From a virus (lineage: Duplodnaviria; Caudoviricetes): a stretch of DNA of 64,000 bases. Position numbers and translations under genes: made by a program. Within the stretch, counting starts at the first letter, position 1. Each line of letters begins with the position of its first letter. Positions 1 through 8,908 of the stretch are shown one piece after another. The notes beneath the pieces are model-generated. The model did no database searches. It was given only the letters and a program-made list of their open reading frames with translations, and had not been told where the DNA came from. The stretch spans positions 1 to 64,000 of IMG/VR virus record IMGVR_UViG_2974646641_000001; one strand, 5' to 3'.

Positions 1-34
1 ATAAAAAATCATTCCTTTCTTAATTTGTAACTAT

Positions 35-63
35 ATTATACAACGTAAAGTCGAGTCTGTCAA
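35..63 (-). promoter_or_regulatory. sigma70-type promoter firing leftward out of the window
   Basis: Minus strand TTGACA (63-58), 17-nt spacer, TATAAT (40-35). Confidence 0.75.
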
Positions 64-661
64 ATCTTTTTTATTTGTGTCAAAAATAAAGAATGCCGTT
101 ATATCAACGTTTCTAGCCACCTCCAAAACTTTTTAAATTAGAATTTAATGAGAGATATTTTATGTGTAGAAATTTTTATTTTTTCACAAACAGCAAACGT
201 CTGATTCACCCTCTAGTGTAACGTACGGGGCGATGAGAGGGGGACGGAGTGTTGACGAAGCTTTAGCTGAGGCAACACGTAGGCTAGGGGTGAGGGGTCT
301 GGGCTTGCCCAGCATAGTCACCTAGTAAATGGCTTGACGTGTCTGTGATGTGTCACCTAGCTTGTCACTCGGTGTGATTGATAGTTGTACATAATTAGTA
401 TGTTTGATGATAGAGTTGCTCACAGTGTGAAGCGTAAGCGAGCTACTGTGAGTTACGAAGCGAAGCGAGTTACCTTATAAGGATAAAAAGGTATGGTTTA
501 ACATATTTAAGTACCAAACTAGCCTAAAGATAAATAAAAAAATTTTTCATTAGTCACTTTATTTGTCGAAAATAAGTTTCAACAACCATCACTATTCGTC
601 TTTTTCAACCTATATTGAAAGCATATAATTTAAGTTATTTCACAAAGGAGGTTTCACGATA

Positions 662-862
662 TTGTCGAACAATCACAAATTAACTCTTATTAAAGCTATC
701 CTGTATGCGAGTGATTATGTTACAGAAGACGAAAAGCTCAATGCGATTCGCCACTTGATTCACGGCTGGGATAAAGAGCCAAATATTGAATCTCAAAAAC
801 CTTGGCTAGACGACTTATCCGTTGAAACCAGAGATATTATCAAAAGCCTATCTGACGACTAA
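662..862 (+). CDS. hypothetical protein (66 aa)
   Basis: TTG start preceded by AAAGGAGGT SD; no recognisable motif. Confidence 0.65.
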   Translation: MSNNHKLTLIKAILYASDYVTEDEKLNAIRHLIHGWDKEPNIESQKPWLDDLSVETRDIIKSLSDD

Positions 863-1075
863 ACCTCTCCTTTAATTCATTCATTTTCATTTTCCTTATT
901 CATACACTTTCCTCCTGTGAGAGATTAATTTCTCTCTACATATATACTCGGTGTGGCAGATAATTATTATCTAAAAAAACCGCTGTTCGGCGCACAACTG
1001 CGATGTCCCGCAATGTTTTCCTATGCCTTTTTCTATCGGGACTGTAAATAATAAGATTAGAGAGGAGTTTTTAAC

Positions 1076-1207
1076 ATGACACAAAACTGTCCGTCATGTT
1101 CGACTCCAGTTGAAATAGATAAAAAAGATGACTATGTTATTTGTCCGTATTGTGGTTCTCTACTTGAAGTAGACGGTGATGACCTTGAAGAATACACAAT
1201 CGGGTAG
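1076..1207 (+). CDS. small zinc-ribbon protein (43 aa, not in ORF track)
   Basis: SD AGAGGAG; MTQNCPSCSTPVEIDKKDDYVICPYCGSLLEVDGDDLEEYTIG with CxxC...CxxC. Confidence 0.7.
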   Translation: MTQNCPSCSTPVEIDKKDDYVICPYCGSLLEVDGDDLEEYTIG

Positions 1208-1211
1208 AGAT

Positions 1212-1616
1212 TTGTCCGTGTGTCCTTATTGCGGAATGATTGTTGACAAGAGTACGCATGATTGTCCTGTAAAAAGGAAACGTAACAATCATAACGCAAG
1301 GATAGCACGTCAAAATCAAACAATTACAGAAAAAGCTCTGACTTCTCAAAGATGGCGTTCTTTTAGAAAGAAAATCATTTTGAGAGATGGCGGTGAGTGT
1401 CAGCGTTGCTTAATAAAGCTACACAAGCACACGTATGATGATTTAACTGTACATCATATTCAGCCGCGTGTCAATCACCCAGAGCTGATGTATGACGAAT
1501 CAAATTGTGTTACGCTTTGTCGTGAATGCAATTTAGCCATGGGTCTAAATGGTATTGATTTCGACTGGAATTTAACAAAGACTACAATAAATTTAGATGA
1601 TACGCTTCATTTCTAA
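1212..1616 (+). CDS. HNH endonuclease, packaging-associated (HK97 gp74-like position)
   Basis: CQRC...LTVHHIQP...NCVTLCRECN; directly upstream of terS; TTG at 1212 preferred over ATG 1176, which overlaps the upstream ORF. Confidence 0.85.
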   Translation: MSVCPYCGMIVDKSTHDCPVKRKRNNHNARIARQNQTITEKALTSQRWRSFRKKIILRDGGECQRCLIKLHKHTYDDLTVHHIQPRVNHPELMYDESNCVTLCRECNLAMGLNGIDFDWNLTKTTINLDDTLHF

Positions 1617-1630
1617 AGGGAGGTGAACAC

Positions 1631-2137
1631 ATGCCTAACGCTAGAAAACCTGCGGCGCTAGTTAAGGGTCACAACGAATCAGCTTCATCTTTAAAGAAAA
1701 GAATGGAAGATGAGGAGCGACTTAAAGGTGCTACTGACGAGGTACGTGTGGCACCTGACTTTATCAAAGGGTGGGAAACTGCCGAAAAATATTATGATTA
1801 TATCTGTGACCTGTTAGAAGACTCGGATATTCTTTCTAATTTAGATAGAATGGGTGTCGGGGCGCTTGCTGAATGCCTTGCCCGAATGGAAGAATCAAAT
1901 AAGGCAATGGCAGAAGATGGTGGTAATCTTATGATTACCGTTGAAACTAAAAACGGATATAAGACAATTGAAAATCCTTATATTAAGACCCACCTTAAAT
2001 TCTTTGATAGATTCAGGGTGCTATCAACACAATATGGATTATCTCCATCAAGTCGGGCACAGCTAAGTGCGTTAACTATTGAAGATAGAAGTCAAGGTAA
2101 TAGCGCGCTTGAAAGTATTATTAACAGCGATGATTGA
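1631..2137 (+). CDS. terS: terminase small subunit (P27-like)
   Basis: MPNARKP N-terminus, ENPY...YGLSPSSRA motif, position before terL, GGGAGG SD. Confidence 0.85.
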   Translation: MPNARKPAALVKGHNESASSLKKRMEDEERLKGATDEVRVAPDFIKGWETAEKYYDYICDLLEDSDILSNLDRMGVGALAECLARMEESNKAMAEDGGNLMITVETKNGYKTIENPYIKTHLKFFDRFRVLSTQYGLSPSSRAQLSALTIEDRSQGNSALESIINSDD

Positions 2138-2232
2138 TGATATTATTTCCTAGTCTTGATTAGGCTAGGGTACATATTTAGCTCAATGAGCAATACAGCG
2201 AGGTAGTTTTCAACTCGCTTATGTTACATAGA

Positions 2233-2306
2233 CGGGATATAGGACAGCTTGGTAGTTCACTCGGTTTGGAACCGAGACGTCGCTGGTTCAAATCCAGCTA
2301 TCCTGA
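2233..2306 (+). tRNA. tRNA-Pro(TGG), CCA not encoded
   Basis: Acceptor CGGGATA/TATCCTG, anticodon arm CTCGG-TTTGGAA-CCGAG, T arm GCTGG-TTCAAAT-CCAGC. Confidence 0.9.
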
Positions 2307-2334
2307 TAGTTAGTTCATTGAAAGGAAGAAAAGT

Positions 2335-2595
2335 ATGACAAGTAATGACTTTGTTGAGAAATGTACTAAATTAGTAAGAGACTACACTAATGAGCACATG
2401 GATAAAACAGATAACACTCAAATAAGCAGCAATGACGTATTCGTAGTTTGGTATAGTAAGACGCTTCAAAACCACAAAGCGTTGCTAAGCACAACAGTAT
2501 CAGATGGAATGTACTATGAACTGACATATAATGGCGATAAAAAGGAATTGTATTTAGATGCCTATAAGAAGTTCGAAAATAGGTGTATTAAGTAG
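2335..2595 (+). CDS. conserved phage protein (DUF6275-like)
   Basis: VFVVWYSKTLQNHKALLSTTVSDGMYYELTYNGDK motif recognised from memory. Confidence 0.65.
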   Translation: MTSNDFVEKCTKLVRDYTNEHMDKTDNTQISSNDVFVVWYSKTLQNHKALLSTTVSDGMYYELTYNGDKKELYLDAYKKFENRCIK

Positions 2596-2604
2596 ATTTA
2601 AAAC

Positions 2605-2663
2605 GTGCTTGTGCCGTTAATTAGTTTGGCAGTCATGTAGGGTGCAAATCCCTACCAAGCACA
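2605..2663 (+). ncRNA. truncated tRNA-like RNA (acceptor + one hairpin + T-like arm)
   Basis: GTGCTTG/CAAGCAC 7 bp; GTAGGG-TGCAAAT-CCCTAC; a single internal hairpin TGCCG/TGGCA. Confidence 0.55.
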
Positions 2664-2736
2664 TTACAGTGAGCGACTGATGACGTGTACGTCAAAAAAC
2701 GTTAGTTACCATTAAACTAAAAATGGAAGTCGACGT

Positions 2737-2828
2737 GTGGTTGAAGCATGGCTAGATAAGTCCCCACGAAGGGCCGCCCATGTCAGGAGGCTAGATACCG
2801 CGTGTGGTTCGATTCCACACCAATCACG
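2737..2828 (+). ncRNA. tRNA-like RNA with non-canonical core
   Basis: GTGGTTG/CAATCAC 7 bp; GTGTGG-TTCGATT-CCACAC; middle does not fold as D and anticodon arms. Confidence 0.55.
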
Positions 2829-2988
2829 TTAAGTTAAACGTGCCCGCGTCTCATAAACGGGCCTTATAAACACAGCACTTTTGCATTAATATGGTTGGAG
2901 GGTCACCATATTGCCCGGCAGAGGCTTTGTATCTGGCCGCTAGTCCTGATAAGTGACGTCTACTTATCCGACCCCATACATAATCGCA

Positions 2989-3024
2989 CCCCACACACCT
3001 CTTAACAATGTGGCCCAAGTGGGG
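2989..3024 (+). ncRNA. small nested hairpin motif, possible phage sRNA
   Basis: CCCCAC/GTGGGG enclosing CACACCTCTTAACAATGTG; resembles the skipping-rope RNA motif from memory only. Confidence 0.3.
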
Positions 3025-3030
3025 ACTTAT

Positions 3031-3103
3031 GCTCCCCTAGTGTAATTGGTTAACACGCTAGGTTTCCAACCTAGTAATGTCGGTTCAAGTCCGGCCGGGA
3101 GCT
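3031..3103 (+). tRNA. tRNA-Gly(TCC), CCA not encoded
   Basis: Acceptor GCTCCCC/CGGGAGC (one mismatch), anticodon arm CTAGG-TTTCCAA-CCTAG, T arm GTCGG-TTCAAGT-CCGGC. Confidence 0.88.
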
Positions 3104-3222
3104 TGTAGCTTAATTACAATAAAGTAAAACGTTTCTTGGTGTTTTCTTTCCATGTTCTTTTAAACCAAGAGTACATAAAATGTAGATTTTACAGTCTATA
3201 TTATAGCATATAATGAGGTGAT

Positions 3223-4935
3223 ATGTTGAAAGATAAAGAAATTTTCAACCACCCAGCTTATCAATATGCTCTAAAGGTTCATAATGGCGAAACCTTAGCC
3301 AACAAAGATGTCAAACTCGTTTGCGATAGGTTTATCAGAGAAGTTGACGAGAGCCTTGCTGGTAAAGGTGACTATTATTTTGATATTAATGCACTTAATC
3401 GTGTTTCTAAGTTATTAAAATTAATTATTATGGCAACTGGCCCTAGACGAGGTCAGAGTGCATACGATTCGCTGGCTGGTTTTCAGTGGTTTTTCTTTGT
3501 CAATATCTTTTGTTGGCGCCATAAAGAGAACCATAAACTGAGAAGATACCAAACAGCAACAATGTTGATACCCAGAAAGAACGGAAAGACTTTCATATCT
3601 GCCGTTATTTTCATTTTGTTGCTTATTTTAGAGCCAAAATATTCAAAATTCTACTCCGTAGCACCAGATTTAGAGTTATCTTCAATGTTAAAGACACAAA
3701 TTGACTCACTAATTGACGGCTCTCCTGAATTAGCCCGTTTTTTCAAGGTTAATAATAAGGATATTACGTGTTTATTGACTAAAAACAGCTATAAACCACT
3801 GGCAAATAGTAATAATCGTCTTGACGCACGTGAACCAGTAGCATTTTTGGCCGATGAAGTTGGGGCCTTACCTAATAGCTACCCGATTAACGCCATGAAA
3901 TCTGGTCAAACACTGGTTGATAATCCATTAGGTATTATCATTTCAACTGCTTATGACTCTCTCGACAATCCAATGACACAGGAAATCCAACGTGCCACTG
4001 ATAAGATTACGGACGGAGAATTGTATGACCCAGCGTATTTTGCGTTGATTTATAGGCCAGATAAGCCTAAAGAGTGGGCTACGAACGATGATGAGTTGAT
4101 AAAAGTCAACCCACTATCACAAGAAATACCAAAAGTTAAAGAACGCTTATTAAACGAGCGAGAAGACGCTGTTAATTATGAAGATAAGCGTCAAAACTTC
4201 TTAACAAAGTACATGAACATCTTTGTTGATGGTGATGAGGGTGAGCAATTCACAACCGAAGATGAACTCGACAGAGCCGAATTACCACAAGGTCTTGACT
4301 GGTACGGTCGTGACGTATTTGTTGGTCTTGACTTTGCCGAAAGTCACGATAACTTTGGTTTAGCTATGGTCACTTTCGATGAAGACCATCAGAAATATGT
4401 TGCTAAAGCATGGTCGTTTTTCCCAGCAGACCGAATTGCTGTTAAGACTAAGGTTGAAGGTTGGGATTATCAACACACCGAAAATGAGGGCTGGGGATAT
4501 TCCTCTGGTCACGAAACGATTGATTATGGCTTTGTAGAAGATTTCTTTTTTAATCTCGAATCAAAGTATGGCGTTAAGATTAAAGGTTTCGGTTATGATA
4601 AGTGGAATGCGCGTTCTACGGTCGCCAAGTTCATGGCTAGTGGCTATGACGGCGTTGAAATTCCACAGAACGCACGTGGCCTATATCCGGGGACGAAGCT
4701 TCTACGTGAAGCCTTGCAAAATGGAAATTTTGCTTATGATAAAAATGATATGTTACGTCAGAACTTCTTAAATGCTAAGATGGTCACTGATAGTAACCTA
4801 TCATACTTCTTAAACAAGAAAAAGTCAAGCGGTAAAATTGATATGGCCGCCGCAGTTGTTGACGCTATGTCCCTATGGGAAATCGAGGAATTTTCCAATA
4901 TTATGGGTGGTGCAAGCAACATCACATTACTTTAA
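3223..4935 (+). CDS. terL: terminase large subunit
   Basis: Walker A IPRKNGKT, Walker B FLADEV, C-terminal nuclease GLDFA...YDKWN...KIDMAAA. Confidence 0.95.
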   Translation: MLKDKEIFNHPAYQYALKVHNGETLANKDVKLVCDRFIREVDESLAGKGDYYFDINALNRVSKLLKLIIMATGPRRGQSAYDSLAGFQWFFFVNIFCWRHKENHKLRRYQTATMLIPRKNGKTFISAVIFILLLILEPKYSKFYSVAPDLELSSMLKTQIDSLIDGSPELARFFKVNNKDITCLLTKNSYKPLANSNNRLDAREPVAFLADEVGALPNSYPINAMKSGQTLVDNPLGIIISTAYDSLDNPMTQEIQRATDKITDGELYDPAYFALIYRPDKPKEWATNDDELIKVNPLSQEIPKVKERLLNEREDAVNYEDKRQNFLTKYMNIFVDGDEGEQFTTEDELDRAELPQGLDWYGRDVFVGLDFAESHDNFGLAMVTFDEDHQKYVAKAWSFFPADRIAVKTKVEGWDYQHTENEGWGYSSGHETIDYGFVEDFFFNLESKYGVKIKGFGYDKWNARSTVAKFMASGYDGVEIPQNARGLYPGTKLLREALQNGNFAYDKNDMLRQNFLNAKMVTDSNLSYFLNKKKSSGKIDMAAAVVDAMSLWEIEEFSNIMGGASNITLL

Positions 4936-4950
4936 AAGGAGGGATTCAAA

Positions 4951-6405
4951 ATCGCTGATACAAAAAACAAATGGTCTTTAAAAAACATTTTTAAGATTCC
5001 ATTTAGCCAACAACAGCCGGGACAAGACAGTCGTGGCGGTACTTTTGTGCGGTCACAGACTGGTACAGGGCCGTTATCTTTCACTGGCGATGATAGACCT
5101 ATCACCGAAGATACGGTTATGGAAATTCCGGCATTCAGTGCGGCGTTAGCGTTGGTTGCTGATACGGTAGCTTCTCTTGATATTTTATTGATGAAGACAG
5201 GCGACCAAGGTGTCCCACTTCCTGTTAAAGATGACGAACGAATCGCAATGCTTAATAAGCAAGCGAATGAGGAAATGTCTGCTTTCACGTATAAACGTTC
5301 AGTTGTTAAAGACTTGCTGTTGTATGGTCGCTCGTTGACTTATATTGAGCGAACAAGCGATGGTAAAATTAATGCTATCTATCCTCTGGCTTCTCGTTAT
5401 ATGACTACCGAGGTTTATACTTACGGTGGTTACAAATATTATGGTGTTTATACCTATAATTCAGAAGCTGGTTCATTTGAGTACGATGAAGAAGATTTGA
5501 TGAACGTTATTTCTGATTCGCAAGATGGTATTACAGCAGACGGTATTATGGCAAACTATACTGGAACACTCCAACTAGCGTTAGCACAGCGTGATTATGA
5601 AAAGAACCTGTTATCTAACGGTGCGGTTCCTGTTGGCGCTGTACGTTCTGATAGAGCAGTTGCACCAGAAGTTCTAGCTAGATTAAAGCAACAGTTCGCT
5701 TCGACTTACGCCGGAGCTGGTAATTCTGGTAAGACGCTATTTTTGGAAGGTGGATTATCTTACCAACAAATCAGTACGAATCCAGATAACATGCAATTGG
5801 ACTCCAGTAAGAAAAGCATGTTGGGTGAGATTGCCCGCATGTTTAATCTGCCAGAAACACTTATCAACGCTGGTGCCAATAAGTATAATTCTAATGAGCA
5901 AAATAACCTACAATTTTTCCAGTATTGTCTAAAGCCTATTTTAGCAAGTTTTGAAGCCGCAATCAACAAGGAATTGTTGTTAGAATCTGAAAAAGAGCAA
6001 GGCTACTTCTTTAAGTTTGATACTGATACCATTATGCAAAACACTTTCAAAGAAAAAGTTGCCGCATATGGCGCCTTATACAAGCAAGGGCTTATCTCTT
6101 ACGATGAGTTCCGTAATAAGTTTGGCTTTAGCAATATCGAGGGTGAAGACTTCATCAACCTCAGCCTTGGTTCTGTTCTCTACTATCCTAAGACTGGTGA
6201 AATGAAGATTCCTAACTTGGGTGTCGCTGGTGGTGCTACGCAGAGTTCTGGCGACCCCACAAAGATTACTCCTAAGAATCAAACGTTAGATAACGTTGCC
6301 TCTGGGGAATCGAAAGGTATTCAAAAAGCTCCTAACCAAAAGAATCAAGATGACAGCCATCAAGCAAAGGCTGACAATAATATGTTAGGAGGTAATGACG
6401 ATTAA
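4951..6405 (+). CDS. portal protein (HK97 family); start probably ATC at 4951 rather than GTG 5047
   Basis: IPAFSAALALVADTVASL, LLYGRS...YI, LEGGLSY, EIARMFNLP motifs; SD AGGAGGG 7 nt before ATC with an open frame to 5047. Confidence 0.92.
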   Translation: MADTKNKWSLKNIFKIPFSQQQPGQDSRGGTFVRSQTGTGPLSFTGDDRPITEDTVMEIPAFSAALALVADTVASLDILLMKTGDQGVPLPVKDDERIAMLNKQANEEMSAFTYKRSVVKDLLLYGRSLTYIERTSDGKINAIYPLASRYMTTEVYTYGGYKYYGVYTYNSEAGSFEYDEEDLMNVISDSQDGITADGIMANYTGTLQLALAQRDYEKNLLSNGAVPVGAVRSDRAVAPEVLARLKQQFASTYAGAGNSGKTLFLEGGLSYQQISTNPDNMQLDSSKKSMLGEIARMFNLPETLINAGANKYNSNEQNNLQFFQYCLKPILASFEAAINKELLLESEKEQGYFFKFDTDTIMQNTFKEKVAAYGALYKQGLISYDEFRNKFGFSNIEGEDFINLSLGSVLYYPKTGEMKIPNLGVAGGATQSSGDPTKITPKNQTLDNVASGESKGIQKAPNQKNQDDSHQAKADNNMLGGNDD

Positions 6406-7615
6406 ACAAAAAGAATTACGGACACTTAGTTTTGAAACACGGGATTTATCTTTTGACGATAAATCTTTAAAGGTATCTGGTTATGTAAACAGAGCTGGCT
6501 CTTACAGCCAAGTAATGTCTGCTGATGGTGCCCCTTTCCGTGAAACTATTTTGCCGCAAGCATTTGTTGAAGCCGTTAAAACAAAAGACCCGATTGATTT
6601 TTATGCGGAGCATGACGCTCAAAAGCTACTGGCAACCACTGTTAATCATTCATTGACGCTCCGTGCAGACGATGACGGTCTGTATATGGAAGCACAAATC
6701 CTAGACACGAATGATGGTCGTGACACATACGAACTTATCAAGAGCGGTGTTATCACGAGTATGAGTTTTGGATTTATCGTCCTTGATGATGAGTGGGATA
6801 GGTCTGGTGGCCGATTTAATGACGGTATTCCGCTACGAACCGTCAAAGAAATTAGCTTAAAAGAAGTATCTGCGGTACGTTTCCCTGCTTATCTAAGTTC
6901 AAGTATTGAAGCTCGTGGCCTTAAAGAGTTAAAAGAACTTGAACATAGGGGTATTAATAGCGTATCGGAAGTTGTTAATATTAAGGAGGGAAACAACTTG
7001 GAACTACGAGATGTAGAAACCAAAGATTTATTCGCTGAATTAGAACGGCGTGCAAAGCTTCCGGCAAACGAAGTTATCGTAAAGCCTAAAAAGCGTGCAA
7101 AACTTCCAGCCAATGAAGTAATTGTGAAACCCAAAAAACGTGATGATACACCATCTGATGATGATTTAACCGATGACGGCCAAGTAGAATCAGAAGACGC
7201 ACAAGCTCCGTCACAAACTATTGACATTGATGAATTGACAGACCGTATTGTCGCTTCTATCTTGGAAGGTATTAAAACTTCGTTGGCTAAACGCGATGGT
7301 GAGGGCGATGTTCCTGAACCAGACGGTTCTGATATGCCAGATGATAACACTGAAACTGATTCAATGAAACCAGATAAGCGTGCAAAGCTTCCAGCGAATG
7401 AAGTTATTGTAAAGCCAAAAAAACGTGATGATACACCAGATAATGGTGAAAACACTGGCGAATCAGATGGCAAACCTAACGATAAATCAAAAACCGATTC
7501 TAAAGGTAACAATGAAGACGGGTCGGAAGATGACACTAGAGCTTGCAAAAACGCTGAAAAGCGCAGTATGGAAGCACGTGAATTATTAAAAGAAATTAAT
7601 GATTTGGAGGTCTAA
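6395..7615 (+). CDS. prohead maturation protease (HK97 gp4/U35) with long acidic C-terminal scaffold-like extension
   Basis: AEHD, SMSFGF, EVSAVRFPAY motifs; C-terminal half low-complexity with repeats. Confidence 0.9.
   Translation: MTIKQKELRTLSFETRDLSFDDKSLKVSGYVNRAGSYSQVMSADGAPFRETILPQAFVEAVKTKDPIDFYAEHDAQKLLATTVNHSLTLRADDDGLYMEAQILDTNDGRDTYELIKSGVITSMSFGFIVLDDEWDRSGGRFNDGIPLRTVKEISLKEVSAVRFPAYLSSSIEARGLKELKELEHRGINSVSEVVNIKEGNNLELRDVETKDLFAELERRAKLPANEVIVKPKKRAKLPANEVIVKPKKRDDTPSDDDLTDDGQVESEDAQAPSQTIDIDELTDRIVASILEGIKTSLAKRDGEGDVPEPDGSDMPDDNTETDSMKPDKRAKLPANEVIVKPKKRDDTPDNGENTGESDGKPNDKSKTDSKGNNEDGSEDDTRACKNAEKRSMEARELLKEINDLEV
7049..7440 (+). repeat. three copies of the RAKLPANEVIVKPKK(RDDTP) coding repeat
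   Basis: Copies at 7049, 7094 and 7379, identical in protein but with synonymous DNA differences. Confidence 0.9.
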
Positions 7616-7618
7616 TTA

Positions 7619-8908
7619 GTGAAAACAAAGAAAGGTCTTTTGGAAAAGCGCTCGGCTTTAAAGAGCAAGCTGAACGACTTTAAACCAGTTATTGAAGATG
7701 GCACTATTACTGACGAACAATTAGAAGAAATGCGTTCTATCAAGTCAGATATTGTTTCTATCAATGACGAAATCGCAAGTTTAGATGAACAACGCAGTAG
7801 CGCCATTCCTACACAACATAATACACGAGGAGCTGAAAAAAATATGGCAGATTTAAAGAAACTTGAAAAGCGGGCGGCCGCAGAATTATTCCGCGACAAC
7901 ATGCAAGGTAGCAAAGCGGTTCGTGACTATATTGAAGCCGTAAAAGAACATGATGAAGGTCTTGATGTAGAAGACCGTGCACTACCAGACAATGGTTTAT
8001 CATGGGGCCAAGCCGTTGACGGTCAAAAAGCCAACGGTGGTGTTCTCGTTCCTACGACCGTTGCTGATACTATTGTTGAAAAGTTACAAGAAACTTCACC
8101 AGTGTTTGCATTATCAAACAAGATTGGTTCTGTAACTGGTAACTTACGGGTTGTTCGTGAAAGTGATACTTCCGATGATGGTTTCGTTGGTGAACTTGAA
8201 GAAGTAAAAGCACAAACTCCATCATTGAAGTATGTTGAATTAACTCAAAAGCGTGTCGGTGCTTCAATGCAATTATCGAACATGATGATTAACGATGGTG
8301 CTCCTGACATTGTTAGCTACGCTGTTGGCCGTTTGGGCCGTTCATTAGCTAAGGCTATCGAACGCGCCGTATTAGTTGGTGCTAAGACTCCCGAAGCCGC
8401 TTCAAAGACTTTCCGCCCAGTTGTTGCCGCAGATAACGGCGTTCAAGTCGTTCAATTGGCCGGTGCAACTCCTACGTTGGACGAATTGATTGAATTAACA
8501 GCCTCAATTAACCCAGCATATTTAGACCGTGCCGTATTTGTAGTATCTCGTGAAGTGTTCAACGCTTTATCCAAGATGAAAGATGATGATAACGAACACT
8601 TAATCTTCAAGCCACAAATGCAAAACACTATTGCCGGCGCTGTGGCTGTTCGGCCGGGATTCTCATTCCAAGGCATTCCTGTGTTCGTATCTGACCAATT
8701 GAACGGTAACGCAGATGGTCAAATCGTTTTAGGTAACTTTAGTGCTGGTTACACTATTATGACTAAACAAGGGTTGCGTTTAACTCACGTTACTGCTGAT
8801 ACGCAACAAGCACTTGCTGGTGGTCATTTGGTTGTTCTTGACGGCTACATGGACGGTGCTGTTACTAACCCTGACGCATTCGTAGTTGCTAAGCCTGCGA
8901 GTAAGTAA
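7619..8908 (+). CDS. major capsid protein (HK97 fold, N-terminal coiled-coil delta domain)
   Basis: GGVLVPTTVADTIVEKL, FVGELEE, GIPVFVSDQL...LGNFS motifs; follows the protease. Confidence 0.93.
   Translation: MKTKKGLLEKRSALKSKLNDFKPVIEDGTITDEQLEEMRSIKSDIVSINDEIASLDEQRSSAIPTQHNTRGAEKNMADLKKLEKRAAAELFRDNMQGSKAVRDYIEAVKEHDEGLDVEDRALPDNGLSWGQAVDGQKANGGVLVPTTVADTIVEKLQETSPVFALSNKIGSVTGNLRVVRESDTSDDGFVGELEEVKAQTPSLKYVELTQKRVGASMQLSNMMINDGAPDIVSYAVGRLGRSLAKAIERAVLVGAKTPEAASKTFRPVVAADNGVQVVQLAGATPTLDELIELTASINPAYLDRAVFVVSREVFNALSKMKDDDNEHLIFKPQMQNTIAGAVAVRPGFSFQGIPVFVSDQLNGNADGQIVLGNFSAGYTIMTKQGLRLTHVTADTQQALAGGHLVVLDGYMDGAVTNPDAFVVAKPASK

Noticed and set aside
6889-7548. 219-aa minus-strand ORF opposite the protease
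   Set aside because: Antisense shadow of low-complexity repeat coding; no SD or promoter
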